Below are positions 59,580 to 64,000 of a DNA stretch of 64,000 nt, piece by piece (within the stretch, counting starts at the first letter, position 1; each line of letters starts with the position of its first letter). Source of the stretch: Bythopirellula sp. (GTDB lineage Bacteria > Planctomycetota > Planctomycetia > Pirellulales > Lacipirellulaceae); the NCBI GenBank assembly GCA_965216565.1, contig OZ244170.1:2656001-2720000 (forward strand), written 5' to 3'. Under the pieces are notes generated by a model. That model did not search any database. It was not told the DNA's origin and was given only the letters and a program-made list of their open reading frames with translations. The position numbers and the translations under genes are program-made.

Positions 59580-60656
59580 ATGACACTGAACAAGACAAAA
59601 ACTGCCAGCTCGGGCAGAATCCTGGAACTCGATGCCCTGCGTGGGCTCGCCGCCCTTGCTGTTGTGTTGTTCCACTTCACGACTCGTTACAACGAGCTAT
59701 TTGGGCATACTCAAACGTTGGATTTTGCCGTCCCCTGGGGTCACTACGGAGTCGACCTATTTTTCATGCTGAGCGGATTCGTCATTCTGCTCACACTTGA
59801 ACGGACGGCAAACACCGCTCAATTTGCATGGGGGCGATTCAGCCGACTCTACCCAACTTATTGGGCTGCCGCGCTCGTGACCTTTTTCGTAGTGAGCTTG
59901 TGCGGTCTCGCCGGACAGGAAGTCACGCTCACCGATGCGTTGCTCAACCTGACGATGCTGCAATCGCTGCTCGGTGCCGATCACATCGATGGGGCTTATT
60001 GGTCACTGCAGGCGGAGTTGATATTTTATGCCAACATGCTGCTGTTGTACCAATGCGGAGCATTCCGGCGTCCCTCTTTGGCAGTTGGTAGTTGGCTCGG
60101 CGTTGCTTTTGCAATTCAATTAATCCGACCAGAGGTTGCCGACGTGTGGCCAATGGTCGATGGACTATTAAGCAAATTGGCAACAATAGCCAGCTTGAAG
60201 TTCATTCCACTATTTGCAATTGGTATTGTCTTCTATTCAGCGAAGAAAATTGGCCAACTCTCCGTTGGGCATCGACTCCTGATTCTTGGAAGTCTTGCTA
60301 CGGTGGCTGTCTCCCACGGCCCACAGGCCTTGGTAGCCGATGCATTGCTCGCGCTGCTGCTGTGGATTGCTGTCGACGGCCACTGCCCCGCCCTGGCCTC
60401 TCGCCCATTGATATACCTCGGGGGACTGTCCTATTCGCTTTATCTCATCCACCAGAACATAGGCTATATCGTGATCCGAGAATTCCAGGTTCTTGGGTTC
60501 GCGCCGCTGTTCTCGATTTGCATGGCGTTGCTTTTGACTCTGGCCTGTAGTGTCTTGCTGCACCGCTTTGTGGAAAGGCCCTCGCTCAAGTGCTTGAGGA
60601 ATTGGAGCCTCCCCGAAAAATTGGCACAACTGCCACTCGCTCGAGCGCAGCCCTGA
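59580..60656 (+). CDS. Acyltransferase-3 (OafA-like) membrane O-acyltransferase
   Basis: LDALRGLAA, GVDLFFMLSGF, RFSRLYP, WSL..E..FY, SYSLYLIH, VERP. Confidence 0.93.
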   Translation: MTLNKTKTASSGRILELDALRGLAALAVVLFHFTTRYNELFGHTQTLDFAVPWGHYGVDLFFMLSGFVILLTLERTANTAQFAWGRFSRLYPTYWAAALVTFFVVSLCGLAGQEVTLTDALLNLTMLQSLLGADHIDGAYWSLQAELIFYANMLLLYQCGAFRRPSLAVGSWLGVAFAIQLIRPEVADVWPMVDGLLSKLATIASLKFIPLFAIGIVFYSAKKIGQLSVGHRLLILGSLATVAVSHGPQALVADALLALLLWIAVDGHCPALASRPLIYLGGLSYSLYLIHQNIGYIVIREFQVLGFAPLFSICMALLLTLACSVLLHRFVERPSLKCLRNWSLPEKLAQLPLARAQP

Positions 60657-60899
60657 CCCCTAGAAATGCAAATCAAGCTTCAAAATTAGCGATTTCCGAA
60701 GAGTAATCCGGAACCTTTGTTCCTTGGAACCGTCTAAGTTTCGTTCAATCAATAGCTCAACAACAACGACCAATTTCTGGCCCATCGGAGGGGGTGCTGT
60801 TAAAATAGGACTCCAGAACAGGCGAAGTCTAGGAGCGAATACATGCAGTCGGCTCGAAAGAGGCAAAGCAGCCCCATCTGTTGGCTGCGTTGGGAGAGA

Positions 60900-62492
60900 A
60901 TGCGACCCTTCTCGACCTCTCTCATTGCGCTGGCTATTTTCTTGTTTGCTCACACCCAGTCGGCATCTGCCACCTACACCGAACTCATTGGCTTTCCCGA
61001 GCTACAAAATCAGCTCGGCACAGACCTTCCCACCGGTGAGGGAATCACCGTCCAGCACGTGGAAGGTACCGCCGGCGGAGCCCAAACAGGCAATTACTTC
61101 CCCGACCCCAGCGAGTCGGTCAACCTGGGTAAGACCCTCAACAACATAACGTTCAACGCGGGCGTCAGCCAAGGTTCAGCCGGCATCTCCAATCATGCCC
61201 GTGGTGTTGGCTTCTATTTCTACGGCAACAGCACGTCGGTTTCGCCGGGGATCGACACGATCGATGTATTCGAAGCGAACCACTGGATGGGCTTCGAAGT
61301 CAATGGGAGCAACGCAACCACGCATAGCTCTGGATTCCTGAACACCCTGGGAGCGTCTCCCAACACCACCTCGGCCCGCATTGCCAACCATAGCTGGGTC
61401 GGCGAGTTCGGCACCTCTTCTGTCAATTCTCAAGTCGTGCGACGGTTGGACTATGTGGTGGAGCGCGACGACTTGATCAATGTCGTAGGAATTCAGAACG
61501 GTTTTGCCAACTCCGATCGTAGTTTGCTGAAGTCCGCATTCAATGACATTTCGGTGGGTGTTTCCAACGGCGACCACTACGCTTATACCTTGGAAATCGA
61601 CAACGTCTACACCGACGGTCGAGTCGCACCCGATATAGTGGCTCCCGGTTTGAATTTCTCGAACTCTGTTGTTCGCACTAGTTCAGCGACCCCGATGGTA
61701 TCGTCAGTTGCAGCTTTGCTCTTAGATACTGCGGGGGACACGGAACTTTCGAATGGCACCATCACGAATCGCACTCGTACGATCAACCATGCTGAAACCT
61801 CGGAGGTCATCAAGGCAGTGCTCATGGCAGGTGCCGATCGAAACGTTGACAATTTGAACGGCCCCGACCTGCTCGACTACTCCGTCGGCACTAGCAACAA
61901 CCTCGATCTCAACTACGGAGCGGGTCAGGTCAACGTGCTTCACAGCTATAATATTCTTTCGGCAGGCGAACACGACAGCGATCAGGATCGTGGCGGCATG
62001 GTCGACATCAGCTCACGAGGCTGGGACTACGATTCCAATTTTGGCGGGGATAATTCTACTAATGATCGAGCCTCCTACCATTTCACTGCCACCACGACTG
62101 GCGAAGTCCTTCACGCCACCTTGGCCTGGAACATCGAAGTCCAAGGATTCACCAGTTCTCCCGCCAATACCACCTTGCGCGATCTGAATCTGGTATTATA
62201 TGATGTGACGAACAGTCAGGTCGTAAGCCAGACTGGTGCCAGCTCTCTGAGCACAACTGAAAACACAGAGAACATCTTTTTCGATGGCCTGGTCGCGGGA
62301 AATCGATACGAGATCCGTGTTGAAGCCGCCAATGGGCAGACAGACTTTGATTGGGACTATGCACTGGCATGGAGAATCGAACCTTGGAACCTATACCAAG
62401 TGCCCGAACCCAACGCTGTAGGTCTGACCTTGTTGGGGATACTTACCTTCCTAGGTTCTGGGCGGTTTGTCTCGCGGAAGTGCCACAGCTAG
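60900..62492 (+). CDS. Subtilase-like (S8) PEP-CTERM protein
   Basis: HA.GV, NHSW, PDIVAPG, TSSATPMVS, IKAVLMAGA, YGAGQVN, VPEPN + TM. Confidence 0.8.
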   Translation: MRPFSTSLIALAIFLFAHTQSASATYTELIGFPELQNQLGTDLPTGEGITVQHVEGTAGGAQTGNYFPDPSESVNLGKTLNNITFNAGVSQGSAGISNHARGVGFYFYGNSTSVSPGIDTIDVFEANHWMGFEVNGSNATTHSSGFLNTLGASPNTTSARIANHSWVGEFGTSSVNSQVVRRLDYVVERDDLINVVGIQNGFANSDRSLLKSAFNDISVGVSNGDHYAYTLEIDNVYTDGRVAPDIVAPGLNFSNSVVRTSSATPMVSSVAALLLDTAGDTELSNGTITNRTRTINHAETSEVIKAVLMAGADRNVDNLNGPDLLDYSVGTSNNLDLNYGAGQVNVLHSYNILSAGEHDSDQDRGGMVDISSRGWDYDSNFGGDNSTNDRASYHFTATTTGEVLHATLAWNIEVQGFTSSPANTTLRDLNLVLYDVTNSQVVSQTGASSLSTTENTENIFFDGLVAGNRYEIRVEAANGQTDFDWDYALAWRIEPWNLYQVPEPNAVGLTLLGILTFLGSGRFVSRKCHS

Positions 62493-62538
62493 CGATACCT
62501 CACCACACAAGGCAGTGTGGTGCGGAGGGCTGGGCACC

Positions 62539-63594
62539 ATGACTCGCACCAAGAAAATTCTGCTGGGCTTGTTCATCACTCTGGGCATTCTATCCGTAGG
62601 CCTTTATTTCTTAGCCAACTCTCTCATCCAGCGTTATTCCCAGCAAACGCTCGATGCGATTGCTAAGCGTGGGAAGAACCAGGGAGTTGTCATTTCTGAG
62701 CCGCAGTTTCGCAGTGCCGGCATTTCTGGCATCCGTAGTGCGAAATGGCATGGTCTCTACGCAGAGTTGCAGTTTCCCGGTAGCGAAGCCTTTGACGAAG
62801 CCAAACGGTTCGAAGTGCGGGTCGGCCAAATCGATGGTTGGCTTGCCGGTGGAGGAAACATCTCGCTACTGGCCAACGATATCGAGATTGAAATCACCCA
62901 ACCCCCGCCGGCAGATACCGATCAGCCCCAATCGTCTCCCGCCAGCCAAGAACGTGTCACCGCTAAGCGTCTGCAGTGCACCTTTCCGATGGAACTCACC
63001 AAGCCCATGCCCGGCTTGCAAGATGCGCTGGTTCAGATTGTGAAGTTAATTCGAGAGGGAGCCACTGAGCTTCCGATTCTGGCAAACGGTATCCTTGAAT
63101 TCGAGCTCAAAGGTTCGCCCGTTCAAGTAGGGTTAATGGTTGATCGAGAGCCCACAGAGAATCAGCAAGGTCATATCCTCAAGCTCAGCGTTCCAGATCT
63201 CAAATCGATTTCGGACAAGTTCGAAGAGCCACTCACCGACGCTGAGGTCGAGCTATTGGCCAACAATCCGTTGCGAGCCGCACAGTTGTTGCGCATCAAG
63301 GACGATGCCGAGTCGAACGCAGCCAGTGCCAAGTCCAACGACGATAGCGTGCCGCAGGATGCCTATCGACATGTCCTCTGGAGCTTTCTGCTAGCAAACA
63401 AGTACGGTGCAGATTTCGCCAAGGAAGTTACCGATTCTCACGAGCAGGGAGACACCGGTAATACACCAGCCGAGCGTGATATGGACTACAACAATAACGA
63501 GGTAGGCAGGGGCTATGCCGCCAAAAAAATTCGCCGAAATGATATTCTTGAAAAGATTCGATCGGACCCCGCAGTGGTCTTAGTGGCCGAATAA
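62539..63594 (+). CDS. Membrane-anchored protein with C-terminal DUF6973-like domain
   Basis: N-terminal TM; DAYRHVLWS...HE...MDYNNNEVGR. Confidence 0.75.
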   Translation: MTRTKKILLGLFITLGILSVGLYFLANSLIQRYSQQTLDAIAKRGKNQGVVISEPQFRSAGISGIRSAKWHGLYAELQFPGSEAFDEAKRFEVRVGQIDGWLAGGGNISLLANDIEIEITQPPPADTDQPQSSPASQERVTAKRLQCTFPMELTKPMPGLQDALVQIVKLIREGATELPILANGILEFELKGSPVQVGLMVDREPTENQQGHILKLSVPDLKSISDKFEEPLTDAEVELLANNPLRAAQLLRIKDDAESNAASAKSNDDSVPQDAYRHVLWSFLLANKYGADFAKEVTDSHEQGDTGNTPAERDMDYNNNEVGRGYAAKKIRRNDILEKIRSDPAVVLVAE

Positions 63595-63885
63595 GCTAGG
63601 CAAAATAACTGCGATTACGGGACACTGGTAAGACAACTATTAGTGATTGCAGGCGATGAGATAGTGAATCTCTACTACCCCAGCAAATCACTTTCCTCCC
63701 ACCTTACCCAAGCTCACCGAACTGCTGGTGAATCCTCAGAATCTTCTGCGATTGCTTGACAAAAACTCATATTGTCTGCCCTTGCGTTTTGTGTCACAAC
63801 GCATCTTGGAAATGTCGAGGGACATTGTTGCGTATGGAGCGCAACACTGCTTCAGGGAAATCGACTGACAAAGAAAGGTTGTGTT

Positions 63886-64000
63886 ATGGATTACGCGACC
63901 CAACCTGACGTTGATTATGCGTCCACCGAGTTTGAGATGTACGGCACGAGGAAAAGACCTCAGCGTGCGAAGAAAAGACCGTTCCGCACTCGCAAGGGTC
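63886..64000 (+). CDS. 3'-partial small hypothetical protein
   Basis: AAAGG RBS; MDYATQPDVDYASTEFEMYGTRKRPQRAKKRPFRTRKG runs off the window. Confidence 0.55.
   Translation, partial: MDYATQPDVDYASTEFEMYGTRKRPQRAKKRPFRTRKG

Overview
Planctomycete chromosomal segment, probably Pirellulales/Lacipirellulaceae. This is inferred from seven PEP-CTERM proteins (two with a GDFxxDGxVDGxDFLxWQ dockerin-like module), an ECF sigma/Ser-Thr kinase pair, a planctomycete-type cytochrome c and a fae homologue. It holds about 50 CDS (housekeeping nadK, pgi, apgM, Fpg/Nei, AlkD, MazG, transporters and hydrolases), tRNA-Ala(TGC) and tRNA-Glu(CTC). An accessory stretch at about 13.5-28.6 kb is rich in PEP-CTERM genes and gene remnants (sulfatase, AraC). 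A decayed tRNA-Glu-associated integrative element and a RAYT-like HUH transposase are present, along with at least six REP-like palindrome families. The best leads are: (1) an ECF/zinc-finger anti-sigma redox module with a thrice-repeated GTAAG-N17-CGWC promoter; (2) PEP-CTERM genes delimited by copies of one REP-like repeat in a cassette-like way; (3) a RAYT whose flanking repeat recurs elsewhere; (4) several apparent active-site variants (Fae, YdjC, S8); (5) a multi-GGA CsrA-type leader. No CRISPR or rRNA was seen. All family calls come from motif recognition by eye, with no database searches.
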